The translations under genes were made by a program, and so were the position numbers. Under the pieces are notes generated by a model. It saw only the letters and a list, made by a program, of their open reading frames with translations. It did no database searches and was not told the DNA's origin. A stretch of DNA of 61,206 nt, counting the filler. It is 5 parts of 5 records of this genome, joined end to end, with 100 filler letters (N's around TTAATTAATTAA, not from the genome) between each part and the next. Parts side by side here need not be neighbours in the genome. Positions count along the whole stretch, not along the records: positions 21,375 to 52,206 come from SRR22947725_3370; 4 more parts are not named here. The stretch is one strand, 5' to 3'. Positions 30,205 through 39,512 of the stretch are shown here, piece after piece (position 1 is the first letter of the stretch; each line of letters starts with the position of its first letter).

Positions 30205-31053
30205 CTATCCGCCGTACTCGTGTTCAGCCGCTGGATAGATCCCGGCCTCGACTTCTTCGCGGTATGTCCGGGTTGCTGCGAGCAGGGTCTCACGTAGGTT
30301 GGCGTACTGCTTGACGAATCGGGGGATGCGGCCTGAGCCGAACCCGGCCCAGTCGGTCCAGACCATCAGCTGACCGTCGCACAGCGGCCCAGCACCAACC
30401 GAGATGGTGGGGATCGACAGTTCGGCCGTCACCTGGCCGGCGATTGCTGAGGGCACCATTTCGACCACCACGGCAAATGCGCCCGCCTCCTCCACTGCAC
30501 GGGCATCGGTGAGCAATTGTTCGGCACCGTCACCGCGGCCCTGAATCATGTGGCCGCCGAGACCGTGCTCGCTCTGCGGCGTGAATCCGATGTGGGCCAT
30601 GACGGGGATGCCGGCATCGACGATCTTCTCGATCTGTGGCGCACTCCGTACGCCGCCCTCAAGCTTCACGGCCTGACAGCCAGTCTCTTTCATGAAGCGA
30701 ATCGCGGTCTCGAGGGCCTGTCGTCTGCCGTTTTCGTACGAGCCGAATGGCATGTCTGCGATGACCAGGGCTCGACTGGCGCCCCGGACCACGGCGGCGG
30801 TCAGCGGGATCAACTCGTCGAGAGTGACGGGAATGGTGGTGTCGTACCCGAAGACGGTGTTGCCTGCTGAGTCGCCGACGAGGAGAAAGTCCACCCCCGC
30901 CTCGTCAAAGATCGATGCCGACATAAAGTCGTAGCTCGTGAGACCGGTGATCTTGATCCCGTTCTCTTTGGCACTCTTGAAGTGGCGTGTCCGTACACGC
31001 TTCAACGTCGGGTCGCTCGCTCCGCTGCCGTAGGGTCGTTGCTCGTCAGTCAC
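30205..31053 (-). CDS. panB: 3-methyl-2-oxobutanoate hydroxymethyltransferase
   Basis: LTSYD, LLVGDS, ADMPFGSY, VKLEGG, HIGFTPQS; GTG start at 31053. Confidence 0.95.
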   Translation of the reverse strand: MTDEQRPYGSGASDPTLKRVRTRHFKSAKENGIKITGLTSYDFMSASIFDEAGVDFLLVGDSAGNTVFGYDTTIPVTLDELIPLTAAVVRGASRALVIADMPFGSYENGRRQALETAIRFMKETGCQAVKLEGGVRSAPQIEKIVDAGIPVMAHIGFTPQSEHGLGGHMIQGRGDGAEQLLTDARAVEEAGAFAVVVEMVPSAIAGQVTAELSIPTISVGAGPLCDGQLMVWTDWAGFGSGRIPRFVKQYANLRETLLAATRTYREEVEAGIYPAAEHEYGG

Positions 31054-31109
31054 AGTGCGCACCGTAGACGCTCCGACTGCAACCCGGCATACCCTGACCT
31101 GCAGTTTCC

Positions 31110-31910
31110 ATGACAGCGTTCCCTCCTCCCACCGGTCTGCCCGTGACCAGCAGTTCTGCGGCCGCGGAACCGACATTCGCTCCAGCGCGCGAACCGCATC
31201 CCACGCTTCCGATCCAGGTAGCCGGGGGAGCGATCGTCGTGCTGATGGTCTCGCTGTTCTCGTCCAAGTACCTCCTTGACGCACTGATCACGTTTGAGTG
31301 GCCAGTGGTCGTCTACGTCACGTTGCTTGGCGCTATCGGCTACGGCCCTTCGCTGATCTGGGCCCGCTATGCGACGAATCGATGGGGGAGTGGCCGCTTC
31401 TTTCGCGACGTCGGCCTGCAACCTGAGCTCAGTGACCTTGGATGGGGCCCCGTTGTGTGGCTGGCTGCGATCGGTACGCAGATCGTGGTGGGCGCGATCG
31501 TGCTCGGTCTCGGAGTCCCGCTTGAGAACAACACCGACGGCATCAGCGAACTCACCGACGATCGCACCTATGTGATCTCGATCATCATCACTGCGGTGAT
31601 CGCTGCACCCTTCGTCGAGGAGATCGTCTTTCGTGGACTGGTGATGCGGGGGCTGCGCAGCCGCTTGCCGGTCATTCCTACGATTGCTCTCCAGGCTGTG
31701 CTGTTCGGAGTGGCCCACGTCGACCCGGTGCGGGGGACGGGCAACATTGGTCTCGTCCTCGTGCTTTCAGGCGTCGGCGCTGCCTTCGGGGGAGGTGCGT
31801 ATCTGCTCAGACGGATCGGTCCGACAATTGTGGCGCATGCCATCTTCAACGGCGCCGTGCTCGTCCTGGTGCTGACCAATGCCCAGGAGTGGTTGCAGAA
31901 CAACAGCTGA
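31110..31910 (+). CDS. CPBP (Abi/CAAX) family intramembrane protease
   Basis: APFVEEIVFRG, FGVAH, AHAIFN. Confidence 0.9.
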   Translation: MTAFPPPTGLPVTSSSAAAEPTFAPAREPHPTLPIQVAGGAIVVLMVSLFSSKYLLDALITFEWPVVVYVTLLGAIGYGPSLIWARYATNRWGSGRFFRDVGLQPELSDLGWGPVVWLAAIGTQIVVGAIVLGLGVPLENNTDGISELTDDRTYVISIIITAVIAAPFVEEIVFRGLVMRGLRSRLPVIPTIALQAVLFGVAHVDPVRGTGNIGLVLVLSGVGAAFGGGAYLLRRIGPTIVAHAIFNGAVLVLVLTNAQEWLQNNS

Positions 31911-31912
31911 GG

Positions 31913-32785
31913 TCAGGCGTCGCTGAGCTCGAAAAGGTCGCGATTGTCGATCAGTCGGACGTCGCCAAACCAGACGGCCGTCGCGATGCGCGCGTTGCCG
32001 GGCACCGGCGGAACATCGGCGAGGTCGTCGAATTCGATCAATGTGGTTGCGTCGAACACCGTCACGTACTCCAGCAGTGCGGCATCCTCGGCGTCGATGA
32101 CCGACGTGGCGGCACGGATCACGTCGGCAACGGCGTCGCCGGCAACGGCCGCGGCGATTGCCGCGTCGAGCGATCTGGGTACCGCAACCGCAGCGGCGCG
32201 TTCGGCGTCTGTCAGACGCACGTTGCGGCTCGATTGTGCGAGTCCGTCTGGGTCGCGCGCGATGGGATGTCCCACGATGTCGATCCCGAACTCCAGGTCG
32301 GCAGCCATCTGGGTGATGAGCCGGAGCTGCTGGTAGTCCTTCTGTCCGAATACCGCCACGTGCGGACGGACCGCCCCGAACAATTTCACCACCACGGTCA
32401 GGACACCTTCGAAGTGTCCCGGACGTTTCGGTCCCTCCATCACAGCGCCGAGCGGACCCGGCACGACACGTGTCTGGAAGCCCGTGGGATACATCGCCGC
32501 AGCCGTTGGCGCAAACACCGCTGCCACTCCGGCTTGCTCACACGCGGCTACGTCGTCGTCGATGGGACGGGGATAACCATTGAAGTCGCCAACTTCGTTG
32601 AATTGCAGCGGGTTGACGAAGATCGAGACGACGACGTCGTCGGTTCGGTCCGCAGCGTCCGCGATGAGCGCCAGGTGTCCGGTGTGCAATGCGCCCATGG
32701 TTGGAACAAAACCGATGCGATGCCCTGTGGCGCGGCGGGCGTCGGACCATGCCCGCATTTCGGCGGGGGTCGAAAAGATGTGCAT
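31913..32785 (-). CDS. panC: Pantoate--beta-alanine ligase
   Basis: FVPTMGALHTGH, SIFVNPLQF, RPGHFEGV, FGQKDYQQ, SSRN, RLIDN. Confidence 0.96.
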   Translation of the reverse strand: MHIFSTPAEMRAWSDARRATGHRIGFVPTMGALHTGHLALIADAADRTDDVVVSIFVNPLQFNEVGDFNGYPRPIDDDVAACEQAGVAAVFAPTAAAMYPTGFQTRVVPGPLGAVMEGPKRPGHFEGVLTVVVKLFGAVRPHVAVFGQKDYQQLRLITQMAADLEFGIDIVGHPIARDPDGLAQSSRNVRLTDAERAAAVAVPRSLDAAIAAAVAGDAVADVIRAATSVIDAEDAALLEYVTVFDATTLIEFDDLADVPPVPGNARIATAVWFGDVRLIDNRDLFELSDA

Positions 32786-32787
32786 TG

Positions 32788-33891
32788 TCAGGAACGGTAG
32801 ACGGACGGACAGAGATCGCGGTATGCCGCGAGCGGGCCGATGGTCGTCGCGGCGAGGACCGCATGCGTGCACGCCGCGGCAAAGGTGTCAGCAGCGGCTA
32901 CCAAGATCAGGTTCAATGCCTGGTGACGAGCCTGGGCAGGCAATGGGTGCGAACCGGTGGCGAGTCCGAACACCGTGTCGCCATCGGTCATTGAGTGTGC
33001 CGGTCGAACGGCTCTGGCCATGCCGTCGTGGGCTACCGATGCCAGCTTCGACGTCTCAGCTTTGTTGAGGCGCGCGGATGTCGCGACGACGCCAATCGTC
33101 GTGTTGAGACTCTCGCTGACTCCAAAACCCGGTACAGCTGGGCCCGCCAGCGCCGCGGCAAGCGCGAGTCGCTCGTCGGCCGGCGGGCGCCGCAATCGAA
33201 GCCCGCTGGGCTCCCACGGCAAACCGCTGACCGGGTCGATGACCGAACCGTTTGGATTCGCCACCGCCAGCGCTCCAATGGTGACCTCGATGTCGGTCCC
33301 GGTGACCGCGCCGCTGGGCTGCCCCGGAAGCCGCACCGTCGTGGACGCTGTGCCGACGCCACCCTGCAAGCCGCCGGCCTTGGCTCCGGCGCCCGCGCCG
33401 ACGGAACCCCACTTGGTCTGGGCGCTGCGTGCGTTGTGGGCCGCCTTCGACCCGAAGTCAGCATCAGGTCGGTTGGCGCCGTTCCCGCCTCTTCCCAAGT
33501 CGAAGATCACCGCACCTGGAACGACCGGAACGACAGGAACGACTGGTGGGATCCCTGCGCCGCTGCCGATTGGGAACCCGAGACTGCGCTCCTCGAGCCA
33601 CGCCATCAGCCCATATGAGGCGGCGAGTCCGAACGCACTGCCACCGGTGAGGCAGATGCCGTGGATCTCTTGCACCAGATTCTGTGGATCAATGGCATCG
33701 GTCTCGCGTGTTCCTGGACCGCCACCGCGAACATCGACGCCTGGTGTCGCGCCACCGGCGGCAATCACAACGGTGGTGCCGGTCTGCCACCCGCGGCCCG
33801 TCCGCTGAAAGTGGCCGACGTTGATGCCGGCGACGTCGGTGATGGATCCGAATGGCAGTTGATCGGTGGGGCTCCGACGTGTCGAAGTCAC
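32788..33891 (-). CDS. P1/S58 (DmpA/ThnT-like) self-cleaving hydrolase
   Basis: ITDVAGINVGH, VDVRGGGPGTRETD, GGSAFGL, NTTIG autoproteolysis site, HDGMARAVRP.H..DGDTVF. Confidence 0.9.
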   Translation of the reverse strand: MTSTRRSPTDQLPFGSITDVAGINVGHFQRTGRGWQTGTTVVIAAGGATPGVDVRGGGPGTRETDAIDPQNLVQEIHGICLTGGSAFGLAASYGLMAWLEERSLGFPIGSGAGIPPVVPVVPVVPGAVIFDLGRGGNGANRPDADFGSKAAHNARSAQTKWGSVGAGAGAKAGGLQGGVGTASTTVRLPGQPSGAVTGTDIEVTIGALAVANPNGSVIDPVSGLPWEPSGLRLRRPPADERLALAAALAGPAVPGFGVSESLNTTIGVVATSARLNKAETSKLASVAHDGMARAVRPAHSMTDGDTVFGLATGSHPLPAQARHQALNLILVAAADTFAAACTHAVLAATTIGPLAAYRDLCPSVYRS

Positions 33892-35519
33892 AGTTCGTCG
33901 TGCTCGCCGGCGACCCATTGCTCGCGCAGCTTGTACTTCTGGATCTTGCCGGACCCGGTGAAGGGAAAATCCTCAATCGAGAACCACTGGCGTGGTGTCT
34001 TGTGCGGAGCGAGATGCTCTCTGAGGTAGCTGAACAGCAGACCTTTGTCGACCTCGTACCCGGGTGCCGGACGGACGAACGCGCCGACGGTCTCGCCCCA
34101 GCTGTCGTCCGGGAGGCCGACGACGGCAACCTCTCCGACTGCCTCGTGCTTGAAGAGCAGCTCCTCGAGTTCTTTGGGGTAGATGTTCTCGCCGCCCCGG
34201 ATGATCATGTCCTTGAGCCGGCCTTCGACCGTGCAATAGCCACGTTCGTCCATTGCGGCAAGGTCGCCCGTGTGGAGCCAACCGTCTTTGTCGATCGCCT
34301 CAGCGGTGGCCTCGGGCATCTCGAAGTACTCGTGCATCACGTGGTAGCCGCGCGTCAGGTACTCGCCGACCTCGCCGATGGGCAGAGTCTCGCCCGACTC
34401 CGGACCGACGATACGGACCTCAACGTTGGGCATCGGTGGGCCGATCGTGCTGGCCTTGTCCTCGATGGTGTCGGTCGGTCGGGTCATTGAGGCGACCGGA
34501 GAACACTCGGTCTGGCCGAACACGATGGTGAACGGTGCGCCGAGCTTGTCTTCGAATGTGCGGACCAACTGTTCAGGGACGAGGGAGCCGCCTGAGCAGA
34601 GCGCCTTGAGTGACGTGAGGTCGGCGTCTGGGAAGTCCGGGTGTTCAAGAATCGCCACGAGCATGGTGGGGACGCCGAGCATGGCGTTCGAGCGGTAGGT
34701 CTGGCTGAGTTCGATCACCAGTCCGGGGTCGAACAACGGCACCAGTACTTGTGTGAGCTTCTTCGATACGCACCCGAGGACGGACAGGGCGCTCCCACCG
34801 GTGTGGAACAGCGGCATGGTGGCCACGTAGACATCGCCGTCGTCAACGCCAAGGCGGTCGACGCAGTGGTGGCCGTTGTTGATGAGTCCGCGGTGATGGA
34901 GGAGCGCACCCTTGGGGAAGCCTGTCGTGCCCGAGGTGTACTGCAACATCACGGGGTCGTCCGGAGCAACAGTGGGCAGCGGGCCGTCGAAGGCGTCGCC
35001 GCCCTCAAGAAAGTTGGCCCAGTCGCCAAAGCTGACGACATCACGCAAGTTTGGGCAGTCGGGCTGGGTCTCGGTCGCTGTGGCCAACATTGGATTCCCG
35101 CGATGCGACGGAACGACGAAGAGCGCCGTGGACTTGGATTGCGTCAGAACGTAATGGAGCTCGTGGCGCTGGAATGCTGGATTGACGGTGACGAGGACCA
35201 TGCCGGCCAGAGCACAGCCGAATTCCAGCAACTCCCATTCGGGAATGTTGTGCGCCCAGACAGCGATGTGGTCGCCGGGTGAGTACCGGGCGAGGAGCGC
35301 CCGCGCGGTGCGCTCGGCATCCGCGAGAAATTCGGTGTAGGTCCACTGTCTGCGCACCGACGCGTCCTCGCCATCGGCCAGCGGGATGCCCTCAATGAGC
35401 GCAATACGATCCGGAGCCTCGGCCGCGGCTTCACGGAGGAGATCTCCAATGGCGATGTCGCGGACGGGCGGTGTCGTTTGGCCGATGGCATGAGATTGAG
35501 TGAGTGGCGTTGCGCTCAT
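33888..35519 (-). CDS. AMP-binding acyl-CoA synthetase
   Basis: YTSGTTGFPKG, FGQTE, TGD, GRLKDMIIRGGENI, GSGKI; ATG 35519. Confidence 0.93.
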   Translation of the reverse strand: MSATPLTQSHAIGQTTPPVRDIAIGDLLREAAAEAPDRIALIEGIPLADGEDASVRRQWTYTEFLADAERTARALLARYSPGDHIAVWAHNIPEWELLEFGCALAGMVLVTVNPAFQRHELHYVLTQSKSTALFVVPSHRGNPMLATATETQPDCPNLRDVVSFGDWANFLEGGDAFDGPLPTVAPDDPVMLQYTSGTTGFPKGALLHHRGLINNGHHCVDRLGVDDGDVYVATMPLFHTGGSALSVLGCVSKKLTQVLVPLFDPGLVIELSQTYRSNAMLGVPTMLVAILEHPDFPDADLTSLKALCSGGSLVPEQLVRTFEDKLGAPFTIVFGQTECSPVASMTRPTDTIEDKASTIGPPMPNVEVRIVGPESGETLPIGEVGEYLTRGYHVMHEYFEMPEATAEAIDKDGWLHTGDLAAMDERGYCTVEGRLKDMIIRGGENIYPKELEELLFKHEAVGEVAVVGLPDDSWGETVGAFVRPAPGYEVDKGLLFSYLREHLAPHKTPRQWFSIEDFPFTGSGKIQKYKLREQWVAGEHDEL

Positions 35520-35553
35520 GTGACAACAGTACGCATGCCGTACGTTCGGGGCT

Positions 35554-36456
35554 ATGACTGACGGCGAGCCTGCGGTGTTGTACGAAGAGCGTGATGACAT
35601 TGCGATCATCACGATCAATCGGCCACACAAGAAGAACACCCTGACCGACGCGGTCATCCAAGGATTGGCGGACGGCATTGATGCCGCCACCAAATCGAGC
35701 GATGTCGCCGCAGTCGTCGTACGCGGCAGCGGCGGCACCCTGACCGGCGGGTATGACCTGACCGCAGCATCGGACTACTCCAAGAGCGATGACCACCCAC
35801 CCGGCTGGTCGACCCCCTACGGCGCCAAGGGCCCGAAGCCGCGCGAAGGCGCCTGGGATCCCGTGCGGGACTATCAATTCATGAACAACAACGTCCGGCG
35901 CTTCATGAAAATCTGGGAGTGTCCGAAGCCGGTGATCGGCGAGATTTCAGGATGGGCGGTCGGCGGCGCCACGGACATGGTGCTGTGTGCCGACTTGCTG
36001 TTCATGGCCGATGACGCGCACATCGGATACGCCCCCAGCCGTATCTACGGCACGCCGACGACGATGATGTGGGTCCACCGGCTCGGACTCGAGCACGCCA
36101 AGCAATTCCTTCTCACGGGACGGGCGATCGACGCTGAGACTGCACATCGGATTGGACTCGTCTCGCAGGTCATGCCGGCCGACGAGATCAGCTCAGCCGT
36201 TGAGGCTGAGGCCCGCCGGTTCGCGACCATCCCGGCCAATCAGCTCGCCCTCAACAAACTGCTCATCAACCAGGCCTACGAGAACATGGGGATGCGTACG
36301 TCGCAAATGCTCGGAACATTCTTCGACGGCATCACCCGGCATACCGAAGAAGCGTACCGCTGGACCGAAGACATCGCCGAGCGCGGATTCAAGCCGGTGA
36401 TTGCGGATCGCGATGGCCCCTGGCAGGACTACAGCCAACGTCCTGACCACCGCTGA
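35554..36456 (+). CDS. Crotonase/enoyl-CoA hydratase family protein
   Basis: ITINRP.KKN, GYDL, PKPVIG.ISGWAVGG, LLTG..IDAE.A..IGLV. Confidence 0.9.
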   Translation: MTDGEPAVLYEERDDIAIITINRPHKKNTLTDAVIQGLADGIDAATKSSDVAAVVVRGSGGTLTGGYDLTAASDYSKSDDHPPGWSTPYGAKGPKPREGAWDPVRDYQFMNNNVRRFMKIWECPKPVIGEISGWAVGGATDMVLCADLLFMADDAHIGYAPSRIYGTPTTMMWVHRLGLEHAKQFLLTGRAIDAETAHRIGLVSQVMPADEISSAVEAEARRFATIPANQLALNKLLINQAYENMGMRTSQMLGTFFDGITRHTEEAYRWTEDIAERGFKPVIADRDGPWQDYSQRPDHR

Positions 36457-36476
36457 CAGTTCGGTATCGTCACGGC

Positions 36477-37118
36477 GTGCTCGAACGTGACCCGGTGCCC
36501 GACTCACTACGTCAGCGCGCACTCACGGGCGCCAAGCGGGCGGCAGGAGATGTCGTTCACTTCGGCTGGGACGCCGCACGCGAGCTTGGCGCTATTGGCC
36601 CGGATACCCGGCGTGGCAAACGATTCGGCAAGCTCGGCGCAAACAGTGTGATTTGCTTTCCACCGAACACGCTCTTCAACGAGCAGTACATCGAGATTGG
36701 GAGCGGCACGTTGTTCGGGCCGCAGGTCACTCTGTCGGCGGGGATGGTGCCTGGGCAGCAAATGATCACCGACCCCGTCATTTCGGTCGGTGATCGTTGC
36801 TTGATCGGTAAAGGCAGCGGCATCGTCGGCCATTTACAGATCACCATTGGCGATGACGTCTGGACCGGGCACCACGTGTACATCACGGATCAAAATCATG
36901 GCTACGAGGACCTTGACCTGCCGATTTCGCAGCAAGTGATGCCGGAACGTCCGGTCTCGATTGGCGACGGGGCGTGGCTCGGTCACGGCACCGTCGTGCT
37001 GCCGGGCGCCGTCATCGGGCGTCACGTCGTCGTGGGGGCGAACAGCGTCGTCACCGGGGAGCTGCCCGACAACTGCGTTGCTGCTGGTGTGCCCGCGAAG
37101 GTGATCAAACAGCTCTAG
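36477..37118 (+). CDS. Hexapeptide-repeat (LbH) acyltransferase
   Basis: IGDDVW, DQNHGY, IGDGAWLG, VGANSVV, GVPAKVI. Confidence 0.88.
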   Translation: MLERDPVPDSLRQRALTGAKRAAGDVVHFGWDAARELGAIGPDTRRGKRFGKLGANSVICFPPNTLFNEQYIEIGSGTLFGPQVTLSAGMVPGQQMITDPVISVGDRCLIGKGSGIVGHLQITIGDDVWTGHHVYITDQNHGYEDLDLPISQQVMPERPVSIGDGAWLGHGTVVLPGAVIGRHVVVGANSVVTGELPDNCVAAGVPAKVIKQL

Positions 37119-37135
37119 TTGCGCTCGGGTGGCAG

Positions 37136-37717
37136 CTAGACGATTGAGCCGCGCGGCGGAGCGCAACTCGGCATCGCGTTGTCGCCAGCGAAGGTTTCGA
37201 TGCGCTCGGTGATCGGCACGCTGCGTACGGCCGACTCGGTGAACGGGACGTCCTGTCCCGCGCGTAGCCGCTCGGCGTAGTTGTACCGATCCTGAACAAG
37301 GGTGCGCCAATCGGCGATCCAGTCGGGGACGATCGCCTGACCCTTCGGGTCGTCGGGTTGGACTGCTTCGATGTCGTCGAGCATCGCCGCCAGCAAGTCG
37401 GTCGACTCGGTCACCAGGTCAGCGCGGACCGCCAGGCTGGGATTGGCGAGCAATTCCATCGAGCGCAATTCGGCTTTGACTGGGGCACAAATCTCTTCGG
37501 CTCGCTCGGTCCAGGCCGTGTCCTCGATCTTGTTGACGGCGGTCTTGGATGCGAAGAAGAGCGCCCAGGTCCAGAACCCGACGAAGAGGACGACGCCGAT
37601 CGGGAACAGCACCTTGAACGGCGTGATCCCGCCCCGGCGTTCCTCGCGCCGGAAATGGCCGTATTCGTCGAGGCGCGAGTCGACCTCTGGGTCGGACTGT
37701 TCGTCGTGTGTCACCAC
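37136..37717 (-). CDS. Hypothetical membrane-anchored protein
   Basis: One TM helix then a helical domain with two Cys; GTG start at 37717 chosen because the longer ORF overlaps the ABC gene. Confidence 0.7.
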   Translation of the reverse strand: MVTHDEQSDPEVDSRLDEYGHFRREERRGGITPFKVLFPIGVVLFVGFWTWALFFASKTAVNKIEDTAWTERAEEICAPVKAELRSMELLANPSLAVRADLVTESTDLLAAMLDDIEAVQPDDPKGQAIVPDWIADWRTLVQDRYNYAERLRAGQDVPFTESAVRSVPITERIETFAGDNAMPSCAPPRGSIV

Positions 37718-37760
37718 AACGCCTGACGTTATGGCGCCCCGACGCTGGTAGAAACGCGAT

Positions 37761-39512
37761 GTGCCCGACGCGACGACAGTTTCCTCAACCTCGCGCGCCA
37801 GGGCCAACTGGCGGCTGATTCGCTCGATGCTCGCGCTGCATCCTCGGGAGTTCATCGTTGCCTTCACGGGAGCTGCGGTGTTCGCACTCGCAACGGTGGC
37901 CTCAAGCTTCGCCATTCGCTGGGTGATCGACAATGTCATCGTCGTTCGATTCGACGCAGGGGAAGTGACCAGCGGTGCGGTCATGACCGGCTTCGGGCTG
38001 ATCATCGGCATCGGGTTGATCCGCGCCGTGGGTGTTGTGTTCCGCCGAGCGTTCGCATCGATGGGTATGTGGCGCGTCGCTCAGACGTACACCAATCAGG
38101 TGATCGACAAGCTCGTCTCGCAACCACTGGGCTGGCATCGTCGTCACGCCAACGGTGATCTGGTTGCTCGTGCTGGGGTAGATACCGAGGCAGCCGTCAG
38201 CGTGATTGCGCCCATTCCATTCGCGTCCAGCACGGTGCTGATGATCTTCGTCTCGACGATCTGGCTCTTTCTGACTGACATTCCGCTCGGACTCGTCGCC
38301 ATCGTGGTCTTCCCACTGCTCATCGCAACGAACGTGGTCTATGAGCGCGCTGTGGCAGTGCACTTCACCGACGCGCAAGACCGGTTGGGAACCTTTTCCG
38401 CCGGCGTCCACGAGAGCTTCGAGGGCATCCAGCTGATCAAGTCGTACGGCGCTGAACAACGCGAGACGCAACGTCTGAACGCCCTGGCCGGCGACGTGTT
38501 GGCGCCACGCGTGCGCGCCATTCGCATGCGGAGCTGGTTCGAGGCTCTCTTAGAGCTGATCCCGACACTGACCAACATCGCTCTCGTCGTGATCGGTGCG
38601 CTGCGTGTCAACACGGGCGACGTCACCATCGGCGAGTTCTCGAGTGTGATCTTCTTGTTCACACTGCTCGTGCTGCCACTCCGGCTGATTGGGTACACGC
38701 TGTCTGAGCTGCCTCGGTCCATGGCGGCGTGGACACGCATCCAGGCGGTCGTGACCGAGCCGGTTGAACCCGACCCGGTACGCGGGATCACCATCGCCGA
38801 ACCGGGAATCGGCGTCCGCTTTGACGACGTCGTGTTCCGCCATGCCGGTGCCGAGACTGATGCCGTTGGCCCTGTGTTGGTGACGCTTCCATCTGGCTCG
38901 ATCACCGCACTCGTTGGGCCGACTGGCGCCGGCAAGAGCACCATGGCGGACCTCGCCGCTGGTTTGGTTGCCCCGACATCGGGCGCAATCGCCATCACCG
39001 ACGGTCCGCGCTCGATTGTCTTTCAGGAGGCGTTCTTGCTCGCCGGCACGGTCCGGGACAACATCGAGTTCGGCGACCAGCTTGACGACGAAGAAATTTG
39101 GGAAGCGCTTCGTATCGCTGCAGCGGAGACGTTCGTGGATGGCCTGCCAGCGCAGCTCGACACGGTGGTGGGCGAGCGCGGCGTCAGCCTCAGCGGCGGC
39201 CAGCGGCAGCGGGTAGCGCTCGCACGCGCACTCGTCCGGCGTCCATCGCTCCTGATTCTTGACGACACGACGTCAGCGCTCGACCCTGCAACCGAATCAA
39301 CCGTGCTCGACAACATGCGTACCGCGCTGGCATCGACCACCGTGCTCTTGATCGCTTCACGACCTTCCACGATTGCACTTGCCGACGATGTGGTCTTCCT
39401 CTCTGCCGGAGCGATGACCGGACACGGCTCGCACGATGAGCTGCTCCGGACGCACGCGGAGTACCGCCAGCTTGTCGAAGCCTTCGAGGCGGATCGGCAG
39501 GGGGCGCGATGA
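37761..39512 (+). CDS. ABC exporter, TMD+NBD subunit 1
   Basis: GPTGAGKS, LSGGQ, LILDD. Confidence 0.92.
   Translation: MPDATTVSSTSRARANWRLIRSMLALHPREFIVAFTGAAVFALATVASSFAIRWVIDNVIVVRFDAGEVTSGAVMTGFGLIIGIGLIRAVGVVFRRAFASMGMWRVAQTYTNQVIDKLVSQPLGWHRRHANGDLVARAGVDTEAAVSVIAPIPFASSTVLMIFVSTIWLFLTDIPLGLVAIVVFPLLIATNVVYERAVAVHFTDAQDRLGTFSAGVHESFEGIQLIKSYGAEQRETQRLNALAGDVLAPRVRAIRMRSWFEALLELIPTLTNIALVVIGALRVNTGDVTIGEFSSVIFLFTLLVLPLRLIGYTLSELPRSMAAWTRIQAVVTEPVEPDPVRGITIAEPGIGVRFDDVVFRHAGAETDAVGPVLVTLPSGSITALVGPTGAGKSTMADLAAGLVAPTSGAIAITDGPRSIVFQEAFLLAGTVRDNIEFGDQLDDEEIWEALRIAAAETFVDGLPAQLDTVVGERGVSLSGGQRQRVALARALVRRPSLLILDDTTSALDPATESTVLDNMRTALASTTVLLIASRPSTIALADDVVFLSAGAMTGHGSHDELLRTHAEYRQLVEAFEADRQGAR

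Noticed and set aside
6009-32785. Two panC genes as a duplication
   Set aside because: They are on different contigs with very different composition, from different organisms.
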